Below are positions 14,255-28,013 of a stretch of 64,000 nt of DNA, piece by piece (the stretch's first letter is position 1; every line of letters starts with the position of its first letter). Location of the stretch: NCBI GenBank assembly GCA_951406725.2, contig OX597838.1:37696001-37760000 (forward strand), in the 5' to 3' direction. The stretch comes from Octopus vulgaris (Eukaryota). A program made the position numbers and the translations under genes. The notes beneath the pieces are model-generated. The model saw nothing but the letters and a program-made list of their open reading frames with translations, was not told the origin of the DNA and made no database searches.

Positions 14255-14366
14255 ATTGTCCCGAGGCTATAAGTTGAAGACACTCAAGCTGCCGTGTAGT
14301 TGGACTGAACCCACAACCATGTAGTTACAAACCGAGTTTCTTAACCAGAAGGCTATACCTGCGCCT
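14255..14366 (-). mobile_element. Diverged SINE family A 5' part
   Basis: ccgaggctata..gaagacact...ggactgaaccc..aaccatgt...cctgcgcct. Confidence 0.7.
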
Positions 14367-15769
14367 TATTATAATATGACAACGAAATATTTTCGAGTTT
14401 ACGTCACGCTTTTTACCAACGTCAACGATTTCGTTATTATTCATGAACTTTTATATGCTGTCCTTTGCTTAACAGTTTTCTGTTTTATCGATATTTCTAA
14501 AATGTTTCACAAAAGACAATCTTCTTCGTACAATTTTCTTTGGAACATGCAGCAGCCGTTTCAACAACACTTGCCGTGTACGAGTTGGCACTCAAGACCT
14601 TCAGTTATTAAAAAAAAAGTTCTAACATCTACAGCAACCAGCATACTTTTGTTACAATATAAGAAACATATAATAGCTTATCCTTTAGAACGGCGAAACG
14701 ATGTCTGACGACCTGTTGCTTTTTCCATATCAAATGCAACAAGCTCAAGGACCGATTCACCGAAAAATAGCAAAGACATCCTTAAGGAACTTCAGTAGTT
14801 ATTTTCCATATATATGTTCTACCTTCAAATCACTTTATAACTTTCACTTCATTCCACCATTTCATAATATTTTTGTCGCCTGATATTGTCGTCTGGCGTT
14901 GTCTGACTCTGTCGTCTGGCGTTGTCATCAAACGTTTCTGACTAAGGTCGTCGCTTCTTTTTTTTTCGTTACACATTGCTGTACTAAAGATTCTAAACGT
15001 GAACAACATTTTACCTTTCCATATATACATCCTACACAATAACCATGATGATTTTATCTTGTTCTTTCCGCATTGTATGCTATGTTTTATCACCCATTTT
15101 CCTCTCTCGTCTGCCGAAAAACTACCTTTTCACATTTCAATGACGTAATTTGTTTACATTTCTTCACCAAGTCACCAGTTCTCGACATAGAGCTTATAAT
15201 TTGACTGAATGTACCACAAAAATGATATACAATTCTATGTATTTCCAGCAAGTATATATAATATTACAAATAAACATATATACATGCATTTATGTCCTGT
15301 AACTCCAAGCTTGTGTCGTACGATATTTTGTGGTTTTATATAGAGCAATGCTATATTTTCATTTTCACGTTTTCTAAACATTTTAACACTATTTCAAATG
15401 ACTTCATTCTTGTGCGAAACGTATTCAATTAGAAATCCCTTGTATTAAAATATTTTTTGAACAACTGGAGTATTTCGAAATTCAATTGAATAGCTTGTAG
15501 GATAATCTGTTCCATTAAGCTGTATTCATTTCCACGGATGATATATAAAAAAATATATATTTAACGATATATATGTATGAATTGAAAGTTAATCTTTGAA
15601 TTTCTATTAAAGAACTAGTAAAGGTTGGAGTCAAACCTCAAATGGCAGCCTTTTATATATCCACTGTACAAATTCAACGTTACCATAACCAAGTACCACC
15701 AGGTATAAGAAAAGAAACTTCATATACTTCCATACAACTAATTTTCCATCTATCCCTTTATTCATTCAC

Positions 15770-15770
15770 C

Positions 15771-15848
<78 letters not shown>

Positions 15849-16042
15849 GTCTATCCATCTATCTATCCATCTATCTATCTACCTATCTACCTACCTATCC
15901 ATCTATCCATCTATCCATCCATCTATCCATCTATCTATCTATGTATCTATCTATCTATCCATGCATCTATCCATCTATCCATCCATCCATCCATCTATCT
16001 ATCCATCCATCTATCCATCCATCTATCTATCCATCTATCTAT
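15770..16042. repeat. (TATC)n/(TCCA)n microsatellite
   Basis: Directly visible. Confidence 0.95.
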
Positions 16043-16299
16043 CCGAACGAATGCTTTAATAAAAAGTGGGTAAAAGTGGCAAAAATGGTCAGTATGATAG
16101 ACGACACTATTTTAAGCGTAAATCTGTGACTAAAAGAGACAACGAGAGGTAAGGCGACTTACTCATGTGTTCATTTTCGAACTGTCTGAGATGATCTTGA
16201 TCTTTTTTGTAGGTTTTTCTTTCCAAGGCTACACCTAAACTGTGAACTTTATATATATATATTGCTTTTTTATACACCACACAACCCACAGATCTCTAT

Positions 16300-16948
16300 T
16301 GATCGAACGTTTTTTTTTTATTTGTATGTCCCACCCATCCCACCTCGAAAAGAAAAAACTCTACATTGTATTTCGTCCATTTTTATTCTCTGTTTAGCCC
16401 TGTGTGGCCACAATAAAAAGTTATCATTCTATCTATTTCTATCTATCTATCTATATATCAGTCTGTCTGTCTGTCTGTCTATTCATCTACCCGTCAATCT
16501 ATCCTTGTATCTAGCCAACTGACAATCTATCTGTGTATTTTATGTCAATCTATCTTGCTAGCAAGCTCTTTGCTTATTCTTCTCCATTTAACTATCAACC
16601 TCGCTGTTGAAGTATGTATCAAAGTACCCATTTACCTATCTACCCATTTTCCTACCAACCCATTTACCTATCTATTTACCTCTCTAGCTACCTCTGTCTA
16701 ACTACTTGGCTATCTCTCTATCGCTCATTCTATCTACCTATCTATTCATCTATCTATCTGTCTATTTTATTTATTTATTTATTTTTGTTCTTTTCTTCCC
16801 TTTTACGATCCCTCTTGATCGAAAACCTACGCCACCCCTTTTTTTTTGTTTCTTTTGTTTTTTGTTTTTTTCATCCCCCAAAAGAAAAGCTCTACCTTGT
16901 AACTTGTCCCATCTGTGTGCAGCCCTGTGTGGCCAATAAAGAAACTTA
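16300..16948 (+). mobile_element. Two short Tx1/L1-type 3' UTR remnants (about 16300-16420 and 16785-16948)
   Basis: Both end ...ctctac(a/c)ttgta...gtcc...agccctgtgtggcc(ac)aataaa, the same tail type as at 2992 and 39280. Confidence 0.55.
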
Positions 16949-17520
16949 TCTATCTTTAGTCCTTCAATTCTTCCTTTTACATTTACTTTAGTATAAAATC
17001 TTTGTCTATAATTTGGTTTGTGAAATGACTTAATTCTAATGGATGGTGAGGGTTAGGGGTTGTTGTTGTTGCTGCTCTTGTTCTTGTTGTGGTTATAAAT
17101 AAGAAAAGTTAGTCTACTGTTATGATTTCTAGTGTTGGTGTCTGCTGAAGCATTGAAGATATGAAGAAAAAACCGAAAAATTCTCCATCTTTTATAAGAA
17201 AATCACCAATAAATATGACGTCATAATAGAAACTATTTAAAATTTTTCTAAAGAAAGATACAGGAGACAAAAGTGATTTACTAAAATCTATTCTATCTCT
17301 TCTCATTATATATATGTATATATATATATATATATGTACAAACATATATATACATATATATATATATACATATATATATGTATATATATATGTATATGTA
17401 TAAATATATGTATATATATATATATGTATATATATATGTATATATATATGTATATATATATATGTATATAAATATATATTTATATATATATGTATATATA
17501 TGTATATATATATATTTATA

Positions 17521-17586
<66 letters not shown>

Positions 17587-17799
17587 CATAGACATAGACA
17601 AATATTCCAATATATGCGTGTATGTATGTATGTATTTACTAAGATAACATTATAGACAAACGTCTTTCAAATTTCCCACAATATGGCGGAGTATTGAATA
17701 AAATTGATTAAACAAAAATGTTTAATTACTGCGTCGTTGAGACGCATTTCACATTACTTATTGAATAAAATAACATAAACAAAATTTTGTTTGTGATAT

Positions 17800-17850
17800 A
17801 TATTTGTTGTTGTGATTATCTTACTTTGTGTTATAATCATTATTATCACG

Positions 17851-17913
<63 letters not shown>

Positions 17914-18190
17914 TTCATTATTATTATAATCATTATTATCACTATTATTATAATCATTATTATTATTATTATTATTTTTATTTTCATTATTATTATTATT
18001 TGATCGTTGTTATTATTATTATCATTATTATCATTAATATTATTATTATCACTATCATTTTTGTTGATGTTTTTGTTGCTATTATTATTATTATTATTAT
18101 TATTGTTGTTGTTGTTGTTGTTGTTGTTGTTATTACTATTAGTGTTGTTGTCGTTGTTGTTGTTAGTTTTGTTGTTGATGTTGTTACAGT
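17800..18190. repeat. (ATT)n/(GTT)n trinucleotide tract
   Basis: Directly visible. Confidence 0.95.
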
Positions 18191-18384
18191 TATTTTCTTT
18201 CTTATACACGCATTATATGACAATGATATATGATGTAAAACCTGCCAGCCGTGACAGTCCTCCCCGTTCCGTCCGAGTGGTTGCCCTTCATGGCAGTTAA
18301 GGTATGTCATAAGGAAGAAACATCGAACGTTTCTAACAATCTGAGCGGCCAAAATAAATCTAAACCCTCCGAAGTCCCTACCAA

Positions 18385-18660
18385 GTATGGGCGTGTGGTT
18401 AAGGAGTTCGGTTTTACAACGACGTCATTTCAGGTTCAGTTCTACACGCGGCGACTTAGGCAAGTGTCATCTACTATAGCCGCGGGCCCGACCAATGTCC
18501 GGTGAGTTATTTTGGTAGAAAGAAACTATGCGGAAGCCCGTCGAGTGTACATATACATGTGTGTGTGCGCATGGGTCTTTTAACTGTATTTGTCACCCAC
18601 CTCTAGCGTCACCGTCTAACAGCTGGTGCCGGTTTGTTCAAGTAGTTGTACCTTAGCTAT
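18385..18660 (+). mobile_element. Diverged SINE family A-related copy
   Basis: tgggcgtgtggttaag (A box), ggttcagttct (B box), ggcaagtgtcatctactatagcc. Confidence 0.7.
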
Positions 18661-18666
18661 CCTGTG

Positions 18667-18896
18667 AAGGCGAATGGCTCAGTGGTAAGAGCGTCGTACT
18701 CCCAATCATGAGTTAATGAGTTCGATTCCCGGACCGGATTGTGTGCTGAGCCCCTGAGCAAAACACTTTATTTCACGTTGCTCCAGTTCACTCAGGTGTA
18801 GAAATGAGCCTTTGCGTTTCCCTCAGATAGCATCAGAGGCGCGGTGATGGGAGGCTGGTGTGCAAGGGTAACTTCTGGTCTTCCATAAACAACCTT
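18667..18896 (+). mobile_element. tRNA-derived SINE family C
   Basis: tggctcagtgg A box, gagttcgattccc B box, ctgagcaaaacactttatttcacgttgctccagttcactc; homologous to 49366-49670. Confidence 0.75.
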
Positions 18897-19194
18897 AATC
18901 ATTACAGATTCACCGGTCGAAGATGGTCATGTGGTGAAGTAAGGGAATTTACGGTCAGTTTTCCTCTACATCCGTGTGTTAAGGTCACGCGAAGAGTCAT
19001 GCGAGAAAGTCACATTAAAACCTTTGTCCAGTGGATATATAACATGGCTGTCAGATCAACAGTTGTGAGAGAAAGTTGTGAAAGATGAAATTCGCATCTC
19101 AGATTTTAGTATTTCAGTTCTGTCCAGTGGCCGTGTGAGAAACTATTATCTCATTTAGTGAAGGTGTGGTGACATTTTTGTGTTATATCTACTG

Positions 19195-19722
19195 ATTTAC
19201 AGAATGGTTCGGTCTCTCTTACGAAAATGTGGTTAAAAAAAAAAAACGATGTTACTTTTAGCTCTTACGACTGCGTGACTGTTATGAATAAATACAGTCT
19301 AAAATTGCTGAAAAATCTCAAGTGAATAAAAAATAATTATTAGTATACTAAATTTTCACAACATCCATTCAAATAAGTTGTTTGTGTATCTGGGCTGTAT
19401 GTTATTTTGTTTTGTTTAACGCATGCGCACACGCAGAAAAACGCACGCGGTTGAACGCATGCACACGCTCGCATGCTTCTTTCTTTGTCGCTTTCTTTTT
19501 CTGTCACCTTCTTTTCTAGTCACTCATGTTTGCTCTATAAATACAACAGTCTTAAATTTTGTGAAAATTTTGAAAACAAATAATTATTTTTTATTCGCTT
19601 GAGACTTTTCTCCAATTTTCACCTATAGTTGCTCATAACAACTGCAATTAGCTGAACAGTAACATTGCTTTTACAACCGTTTTGACCACATTTTGGTAAG
19701 AAGGACTGATTCATTCACTGAA
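19195..19722. mobile_element. MITE-like element with imperfect TIRs of about 165 bp
   Basis: cttacgaaaatgtggttaaaa...tctcaagtgaataaaaaataattatt...ttttcacaa is mirrored by ttgtgaaaa...aataattatttt..attcgcttgaga...ttttgaccacattttggtaag. Confidence 0.7.
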
Positions 19723-19729
19723 AGAGTAT

Positions 19730-20110
19730 ATACGAGGTGGTATCAAAAAGTTTACGGACGACTTCTGTAGCGCGCCAGCAGAAGGCAGCACAGGATTGTG
19801 TACGCGGTGAGAGCTAGAAGTGACCCTCATGAAGCGGTGTGCCGAGTGACACTGGTGTGTTTACTTCGCAAGTTGTGAAATTTGTGCATATGTGATCACG
19901 TGTATACTGTAGATTGCGATTCTGTCATAGACGGTCACAGAAAAAAACCAACATGAAATATTCCATTAAAGTTAGGAAGTCTGCTACAGAGATATTGAGC
20001 ATGCTTCTGCAACCTTACGTCAACCAGACAATGGGACGTATGAAATTGTTTCGAGCGTCACCGGCGCTTCAAAAGCCGAACATACATGAGCGATATCGAA
20101 GACTTTCCAC
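19730..20110 (+). mobile_element. Mariner transposon 5' remnant
   Basis: TA + cgaggtggtatcaaaaagttt TIR; KVRKSATEILSMLLQPY...TMGR resembles the mariner N-terminal HTH. Confidence 0.7.
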
Positions 20111-20206
20111 GAGGGGCGCCGCAGTATATTATTGTGCATCGAGAATTCGTCCCCTATAGGGACAGCCCGACAATCGAGAGTTCTACTGCGAAGTACACAC
20201 ACACAC

Positions 20207-20249
<43 letters not shown>

Positions 20250-20250
<1 letters not shown>

Positions 20251-20480
20251 ATATTGATATAACTTTAAGTTTAATATGAGGGTGAGAAATTGGATATTAA
20301 TTTAAATAATATCAATTTAACACCAGTGGTCTAGAATATTAGAATCTGAAGGTTGAGGAAATTGTATAATATACATATGAGAGGGATGACCACTATGTGG
20401 ACAACCCTTATGCTAGAAGGGATCTACTTCTAGCATAAGGGTTGTCCACATAGTGGTCATCAATCTCATATGTATGTAAT
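20250..20480. repeat. Inverted-arm insert in (TA)n with a perfect 35 bp hairpin
   Basis: 20385-20419 pairs with 20427-20461; left part resembles 8826-8880 and 58305-58345; related copy at 29330-29452 in the opposite orientation. Confidence 0.75.
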
Positions 20481-20494
20481 GATATATATATATA

Positions 20495-20551
<57 letters not shown>

Positions 20552-20553
20552 AA

Positions 20554-20598
<45 letters not shown>

Positions 20599-20752
20599 TG
20601 GCAGGCAAAGCCTTCTTGATAATTTTAGTAATTTCTATGCTGAAGTAGAGACAACATGTTCTTTGTCTATCTCCTTAACTTCTTGGAGATTTTAGGTATA
20701 ATTATACTAAAGAGTCCATCTGTTCTAATTTAATTAAATTCTATATCTTTGT

Positions 20753-20837
20753 GCGGCTGAAGATTGCTCTACATTTTAAATTGATGTAATGACTACATTG
20801 TTCAAATAAATAGTGTAGCATGAAACGTTTGTACTGC
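20753..20837 (+). ncRNA. Hammerhead-like motif with long stem II
   Basis: gcgg-CTGAAGA-ttgct...agcat-GAAA-cgtttg-TA-ctgc; ends about 30 nt before (TA)n. Confidence 0.6.
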
Positions 20838-20869
20838 ATTACCTCTGGATATCCTTGTTGCTTATTTTG

Positions 20870-20889
<20 letters not shown>

Positions 20890-20910
<21 letters not shown>

Positions 20911-21420
20911 CGTAATAAAGGGTAGATTATTGGGTGTATCTGGAGTGTTTTGCGTTTTTCTTAGTTCTTCGATATTTATGGCATTGCCACGTTCTATTCC
21001 GTTGTCTATTAACATTAATGGATATTGTCTTTTTAGTAGTACTTCTTTTAGTTCCTGGAGTCTTCTATTGTGAATTTCAGGGTTTGAGGCAATTGTGCAG
21101 ATTCTTCTTGATAGATTGAAGGGGATTTTATTCTTCGTGCGTTTGGGATGTCATGAAGAGAACAGTAACTATTGTTTAGAATGTGTCTGTTTGAAGTGAA
21201 TATCTGTTTCAATGTTTTTATCTCTTTTGATGGTTAGAATATCCAGAAATGGTTGATGAGTTTTAATGAATTCCATTGTAAGGTTAATATTTTGGCTATG
21301 CTGTTGATTAGAATTTTTGAAATCTGTAAGTTGTCCAGATGTGTACATCCACAGGATTAGGCAGTCATCTAAGTTACGTTTCCAGTGTTTTAGTCGATAT
21401 TTGTGGGAGTTCAAGCCATA
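20890..21420 (-). pseudogene. Decayed PLE RT/thumb fragment
   Basis: WKRNLDDCLILW, QPFLDILTIK, IETDIHFKQT; paralogous to the 4312 ORF. Confidence 0.85.
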
Positions 21421-21445
21421 TATTAATTTAGATTTTTTTTTTATT

Positions 21446-21815
21446 TGTTTCAGTCATTTGCCTTTAGTCGAGCAAATCGACCCCCGGACTTATTCTTTGT
21501 AAGCCTAGTACTTATTCTATCAGTCTCTTTTGCCGAACCGCTAAGTTACTGGGACATAAACACACCAGCATCGGTTGTCAAGCGATGTTGATAAACACAG
21601 ACGCACAAACATATACACACACATACACACATATATCAATATACATATATACGACGGGCTTCTTTCAGTTTCCGTCTACCAAATCCACTCACAAGGCTTT
21701 GGTCGGCCCGAGGTTATTGTAGAAGACACTTGGCCAAGGTGCCACGCAGTGGGACTGAACCCGGAACCATGTGGTTCGTAAGCAAGCTACTTACCACACA
21801 GCCACTCCTACACCT
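21446..21815 (-). mobile_element. SINE family A
   Basis: Near full-length match to the other copies. Confidence 0.9.
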
Positions 21816-21820
21816 GATTG

Positions 21821-21864
<44 letters not shown>

Positions 21865-23083
21865 TATAAACGTAATCGCGTGTTCATTCTCGATACACAG
21901 GAAACATTCAAAGCATTGATTGTTTGGACTTGTTCAGTCAGCCGTGTCAGCTTTAACTTACGACGCCAAACATTGTCACTTGATACTAACACACGGACGT
22001 AGCGGAGAACCTACAAAAATTTCTAAGACCAGTCATGTGACTCTCCCCTGCCAATCAAATCCTATTCAAAACATAATAATTTGAGCCATGAACTCCAAAC
22101 AGGGCAAACTTCAAACATTATTCAGAAGCAAAACAGCTGCGACATAAGCCACGTCTTTCTATTTGAACTTTTTGAAAATCCGTGTAGCCCCAGGAGAACT
22201 TCTTTTTTCAACTGGCAACCGACGCACAACTGCGTCCTTATACCTCAAACTCAGATTTAACGGTATGTGCGGACCATGACTTCTGGGTTATTTCGCTTCA
22301 TCGGCTAGATATTGCAGCACTAGGCCTTGTCCGTGGTATCTACTTTTAAAGTGACACATAGTTACTGATCTCGTAAAGAGGAAAACAATTAGTTTTAAAT
22401 CTATAAGCGAGAAGTAAGGAGTAACATTACCACAGAGTAAAATCTATTTGCCAACGTAAATTGGCCGTTCTGATTAGGATGATATTACTACCTTTACAGC
22501 CCCAGGAAAACATCTTTTCCCGCTGAATCCTAATGCACAACAAGTCCATATATCTCGAACAAGAATGTTGTTGAGTCCAGTTGTGTATAGTTGAGTTTTA
22601 GTTATACACAACTAGACTCAGCAACATTCTTCAGTATGCTCTCAATTTTTCATAAGTATAAAATACGTATATCCGAATTTGTTATCTTTTATTTCCTTCA
22701 TCAAGCCTTCTATAATTGTAATAATTCCTGTTGTATACTTCTTGCACTGAGGAGAAAAGTGATATGTAATTAATTTAATTTAATCAAATTAATTCTAATT
22801 ATTCTACCATGTTATTTACATGTTGATATCGCTGTTTGAAACGATCGTATGCATGTATGAAAATTCTTTTAAATCTTAACATCCCTTCTCCATTTTTAAC
22901 ATACTTGTTGAGGTTCTATGAGATACCTTCCCATAAATTCGCAAAATATTCCATATATATTTAATAATTTCATATCCACAAAAATCTTACGCCTGTAAGC
23001 TACCAGCAAAATATGAAGAATCTTTGTTAGAAATCGCCCTTTGGAATCCTCCAAAATAAAGGATAGGATATAATTCAACCTTT

Positions 23084-23124
<41 letters not shown>

Positions 23125-23137
23125 TTACGGAGATGTA

Positions 23138-23406
<269 letters not shown>

Positions 23407-23826
23407 CTTTATAAATACAAGGGTAAAAATTGTTAAATAATTCATACCAGTGGTTAGCATGCGTAATAAAGGTCACAAGACATAAATATTTTAAAATATA
23501 ATAGTGTATGAAATATACATGGTGTAGAACTCAATATATCTATTCATATGCTTCAGAAGGACTCGTCAGTCGAAAAAATCAAACTAGTAATAAATATTTG
23601 TGATAACAAACGAAATAAGCAATTATACAATGAACTTCATTAGCTTACAGGTGTTTCTGTTGTAAGGGTGCTCTGCACTCATGGTTGGGAGTATCGCCTT
23701 ATAGCTGCGTCGGAGCTTCAAACATGATGTGCAGTGTATTTGGGACAATGTTTACAGTTATGCATATACATGCTAAATTAGTTCCAATGAAATGCATATT
23801 CGTTACGTTCTTGTTCCGTTCTTTGG

Positions 23827-23884
<58 letters not shown>

Positions 23885-24661
23885 GCGTGTGTATGTATGT
23901 ATGTATGTATGTATGTATGTATGTATGTATGTATGTATCTATCTATCTATCTCTTTTACTCTTTTACTCTTTAACATGTTTCAGTCATTTGACTGCGGCC
24001 ATGCTGGAGCACCGCCTTTAGTTGAGCAAATCGACCCCGGGACTTATTCTTTGTAAGCTCAGTACTTATTCTATCGGTCTGTTTTGCCGAACCGCTAAGT
24101 TACGGGGACGTAAACACACCAGCATCAAGCAATGCTAGGGGGACAAACACAAACACACAAACACATACACACACATACATATATATATACATATATACGA
24201 CAGGCTTCTTTCAGTTTCCGTCTACCAAATCCACTCACAAGGCATTGGTCGGCCCGGGGCTATAGCAAAAGACTCTTGCCCAAGGTGCCACGCAGTGGGA
24301 CTGAACCCGGAACCATGTGGTTAGTTAGCAAGCTACTTTATTTCAAAACATTTGCCATAAGGCAGTACACAGATTAAGTTAGCTTTGCGGGCTGGACGAG
24401 GACATTAATGAAGTGAATGATAATGAAAGACAGATGATAAGGATGGGAGAAGACAAAAAGCGCCCGCCGACTTTCGCTTCTCTAAAACATTGTTCTTTTT
24501 AAAGATAAACACAAAACGAGGTATTAAACCTCTTACAATTTTTCCAATTTTTGGACTTAGCAGTCCATTATTAATAAAAATGCAAAACGAGGTATTAAAC
24601 CTCTTTCAATTTTTCAATTTTTGGACTTAGCAGTCCATTATTAATACTAACAGTTCAATAA

Positions 24662-25866
24662 TTACATATCGTCCTCGAAATAGCTTGTGCCCGCGCCCTC
24701 CACCATCATACACGCCTCCCTCAGAACGTAATCAAGTTCCGAGTTCGCGTCGCCCGGGACCAAGCTATAATCTTCATTGAGCTCCTTTAGCCCAAGCGTC
24801 ACGTCGAACGCCACGGCCTCCGCAGCTATCTGCGGAGGCCATTCGGGGTCCTGTGTGAAGGCTAAAGGTGCTCCCTTGTGGTACTCTTCCATCATTTTTT
24901 TTTTCAATGTCTCCTCCTCTATAGAAGAGGACCAATACGTTCAGTTCTTTCGTTGGCGGCACAGTTCCCGCCAACGTCTGCGGCTCATGGATATCAGCCG
25001 CCCGACCTCTCTTTCTTTTTCTCCTCCTTCTTTTGGGGGAGACTGCTGACCCAGAGGACTCCGTCACTAGACACGGGGGATCGCTATCCCCCTCCGCCAC
25101 CTGAGCGTTCTTTGGCGAGCAACCATTGTTGCTCGCCTGTTTCTTTCTTTTCGTGGAGGCAACCTCCTCCACGACTTCCGCCGTCTCCCCCTCCAATGAG
25201 GGGGCGGCGGGCGCCTTTTCCCCTTCATGCTCCGGGGCACCACCACGGCCCCCGGGACAATTCCTCTTGATATGTGCGGGCTTCAGGCACAGGTGACACT
25301 TGGGGGGGGCGTCCCTCGAGTATCACCGGGTACCTGTGCCCAGCCATTCTCAGGAAGTCCGGGAATTTCATTTCTCCCACGGCCACCGGTGTCCACAGGG
25401 TCAAAGTTGCCTTTGACCCCTCCCAGGCGACCGCGGGAGCCATTTTCACACTCAGTAGCCTGGGTCCGCTATCCCCCAGGCCTCGCCGGATGGTCTTCTC
25501 GATCCATTCCGCCTCCGTGCCCGAGGGCAGCCCACAAACCCAGGCTCTTTTTACTTTTCTGCCACAATACGAGGGGAGGAACAAAATTTCCTCTCCCTCC
25601 AGTGGCTCGCTAGCAAATCTGCTAGCTTCCTCGGGGGTACCAAACAGCAACCACACCGTTGCAAATTTAGTCCCCCGAGAAATAAACTTTATCGTTGGTA
25701 GGCGGTCCCCCAACTCTCTCTCTATGGTGCTCCTGTCGAAGAGGGCGATAGCTCCACGCGACCTAGAACAGGTTCGTAGGACCACCGTCCTCTTCTCAAG
25801 ACTTTCAATCCACTGCTTGGGTGGGGCAACCTCCCATTCCAAAGCAGTGGTTTCTTTTGCTGCCAT
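24662..25866 (-). CDS. LINE ORF1 / gag-like protein with zinc knuckle, about 400 aa after removing two homopolymer frameshifts
   Basis: MAAKETT...YPVILEGRPP joins, across the G8 run near 25305, KCHLCLKPAHIKRNCP (CX2CX4HX4C), then a basic PKRRRRKRKR tract; second shift at the T9 run near 24900; ends YFEDDM*. Confidence 0.75.
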
Positions 25867-25880
25867 GATTTTGAAAAAAA

Positions 25881-26204
25881 GTTCAACTAAAAGTTCAAAG
25901 TCCAATAAGAAAAAAACACAATGACAGAACAGAAAGACAGAGCAGAGAAAAGGACGAAGGAAGACAGTTCAAATAATGGCAACACAGTTCAACTAAAAGT
26001 TCAAAGTCTAATAAGAAAAAAAACATAATGACAGAACAGAAAGACAGAGCAGAGAAAAGGACGAAGGAAGACAGTTCAAATAATGGCAACACAGTTCAAC
26101 TAAAAGTTCAAAGTCTAATAAGAAAAAAAACATAATGACAGAACAGAAAGACAGAGCAGAGAAAAGGACGAAGGAAGACAGTTCAAATAATGGCAACACA
26201 GTTC
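25881..26204. repeat. Three copies of a 106-107 bp tandem repeat in the element's 5' UTR
   Basis: gttcaactaaaagttcaaagtc starts at 25881, 25987 and 26094. Confidence 0.95.
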
Positions 26205-26665
26205 TGCAACTGGTAATCCTCACGAAACAGGGTACTCCAGTTGCAGCACACTTGGTTCTCCGTGGTAAATCCAAGCACAATTGGTTCTCCGTGGTAAATC
26301 CAAGCGAACAAATTAATTTTTAAGTGGGGCTATGCCTCCTTAAAATACACAATTCTCACTAAAAGGTGAGACAATAAATGCGCCAACAGGCAGAACAAAT
26401 ACATCCGAAGCAAAGTGAAGCTTATTACTCGCAGAAAAGTGTTTACACTAATTAATATTAATGCCAAAAAAGTATTAACGGCAAGCAATAAACCTCACTA
26501 TGCTTCCAAAAATATCCAAAATGTCCTACCTGTTGCCGTAAAATGTTCAATATTTCACGTTAACACTTGACATTTGCCGGAGCAAAAAAAACACGTCTGT
26601 CTGGTAAGAAGCTACTTACCACACAGCCACTCCTGCGCCTATATCTATCTATCTATCTATCTATA

Positions 26666-26727
<62 letters not shown>

Positions 26728-26733
26728 ACTATA

Positions 26734-26814
<81 letters not shown>

Positions 26815-27076
26815 CAATTAAGGACAACTACTTAATAAGGAAAACTTAACAAGAAATTGTCAGGTAGATAGCGTGAAAACCTCATAAGAGAATAAATTTC
26901 GAAAATAATTATTTCTTATTGAACATATTAATTTATATATAGAGGGCATTATACATACATGCCAGCGGGCATTATACATACATGCCACACGCTAAGAGGG
27001 ACAATTAGTCATTTCTACCAAAAATATTACTAATCCCACCGAGTGCAATTTTTCAAAGTAAGACATTTAAAAATAT

Positions 27077-27124
27077 AGACCTGTATCACAGTGATTTCAT
27101 ACTTACGTACTCATCAGCAGGCCT
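27077..27124 (-). ncRNA. Canonical type I hammerhead ribozyme
   Basis: aggcctg-CTGATGA-gtac gtaa gtat-GAAA-tcac t gtga-TA-caggtct. Confidence 0.9.
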
Positions 27125-27830
27125 GAATGTATCATACATAAACAAACGACCCTGCCCCGCTTAAGTCGATCAGCTAACTGATCAACATCAACGAAGCACA
27201 TGGGTGAGTTTACATATATTGCATCCTGTAAATGGCATACTTTTACGAATTGCATTTCGGGAGAGGAAAAGTTTTTCGGAATAAAAATTTAGCAATTAAG
27301 GACAACTACTTAATAAGGAAAACTTAACAAGAAATTGTCAGGTAGATAGCGTGAAAACCTCATAAGAGAATAAATTTCGAAAATAATTATTTCTTATTGA
27401 ACATATTAAAATGTCTTACTTTGAAAAATTGCACTCGGTGGGATTAGTAATATTTTTGGTAGAAATGACTAATTGTCCCTCTTAGCGTGTGGCATGTATG
27501 TATAATGCCCGCTGGCATGTATGTATAATGCCCTCTATATATAAATTAATATGTTCAATAAGAAATAATTATTTTCGAAATTTATTCTCTTATGAGGTTT
27601 TCACGCTATCTACCTGACAATTTCTTGTTAAGTTTTCCTTATTAAGTAGTTGTCCTTAATTGCTAAATTTTTATTCCGAAAAAACTTTTCCTCTCCCGAA
27701 ATGCAATTCGTAAAAGTATGCCATTTACAGGATGTAATATATGTAAACTCACCCATGTGCTTCGTTGATGTTGATCAGTTAGCTGATCGACTTAAGCGGG
27801 CAGGGTCGTTTGTTTATGTATGATACATTC

Positions 27831-27878
27831 AGGCCTGCTGATGAGTACGTAAGTATGAAATCACTGTGATACAGGTCT
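27831..27878 (+). ncRNA. Canonical type I hammerhead ribozyme
   Basis: Identical motif on the plus strand; predicted cleavage after 27871. Confidence 0.9.
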
Positions 27879-28013
27879 ATATTTTTAAATGTCTTACTTT
27901 GAAAAATTGCACTCGGTGGGATTAGTAATATTTTTGGTAGAAATGACTAATTGTCCCTCTTAGCGTGTGGCATGTATGTATAATGCCCGCTGGCATGTAT
28001 GTATAATGCCCTC

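Larger units (their letters stand above)
24339..26608 (-). mobile_element. ORF1-only non-autonomous Tx1/L1-derived element (HAL1-like)
   Basis: TSD AAGCTACTT; 5' UTR with tandem repeats; a single gag-like ORF; 3' UTR of about 320 nt ending gaaata(aa); no ORF2. Confidence 0.75.
23954..26640 (-). mobile_element. SINE family A split by an insertion (body 23954-24338, head 26609-26640)
   Basis: SINE stops at aagctactt (24330-24338) and resumes aagctacttaccacacagccactcctgcgcct at 26609. Confidence 0.9.

Noticed and set aside
14400-15220. Possibly decayed coding sequence on the minus strand
   Set aside because: Multiple stops and no motif I could assign
23557-23575. CTGACGA-gtcc on the minus strand as an HHR
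   Set aside because: No matching stem II partner or GAAA
25274-25924. 216 aa plus-strand ORF
   Set aside because: Antisense shadow of the GC-rich ORF1
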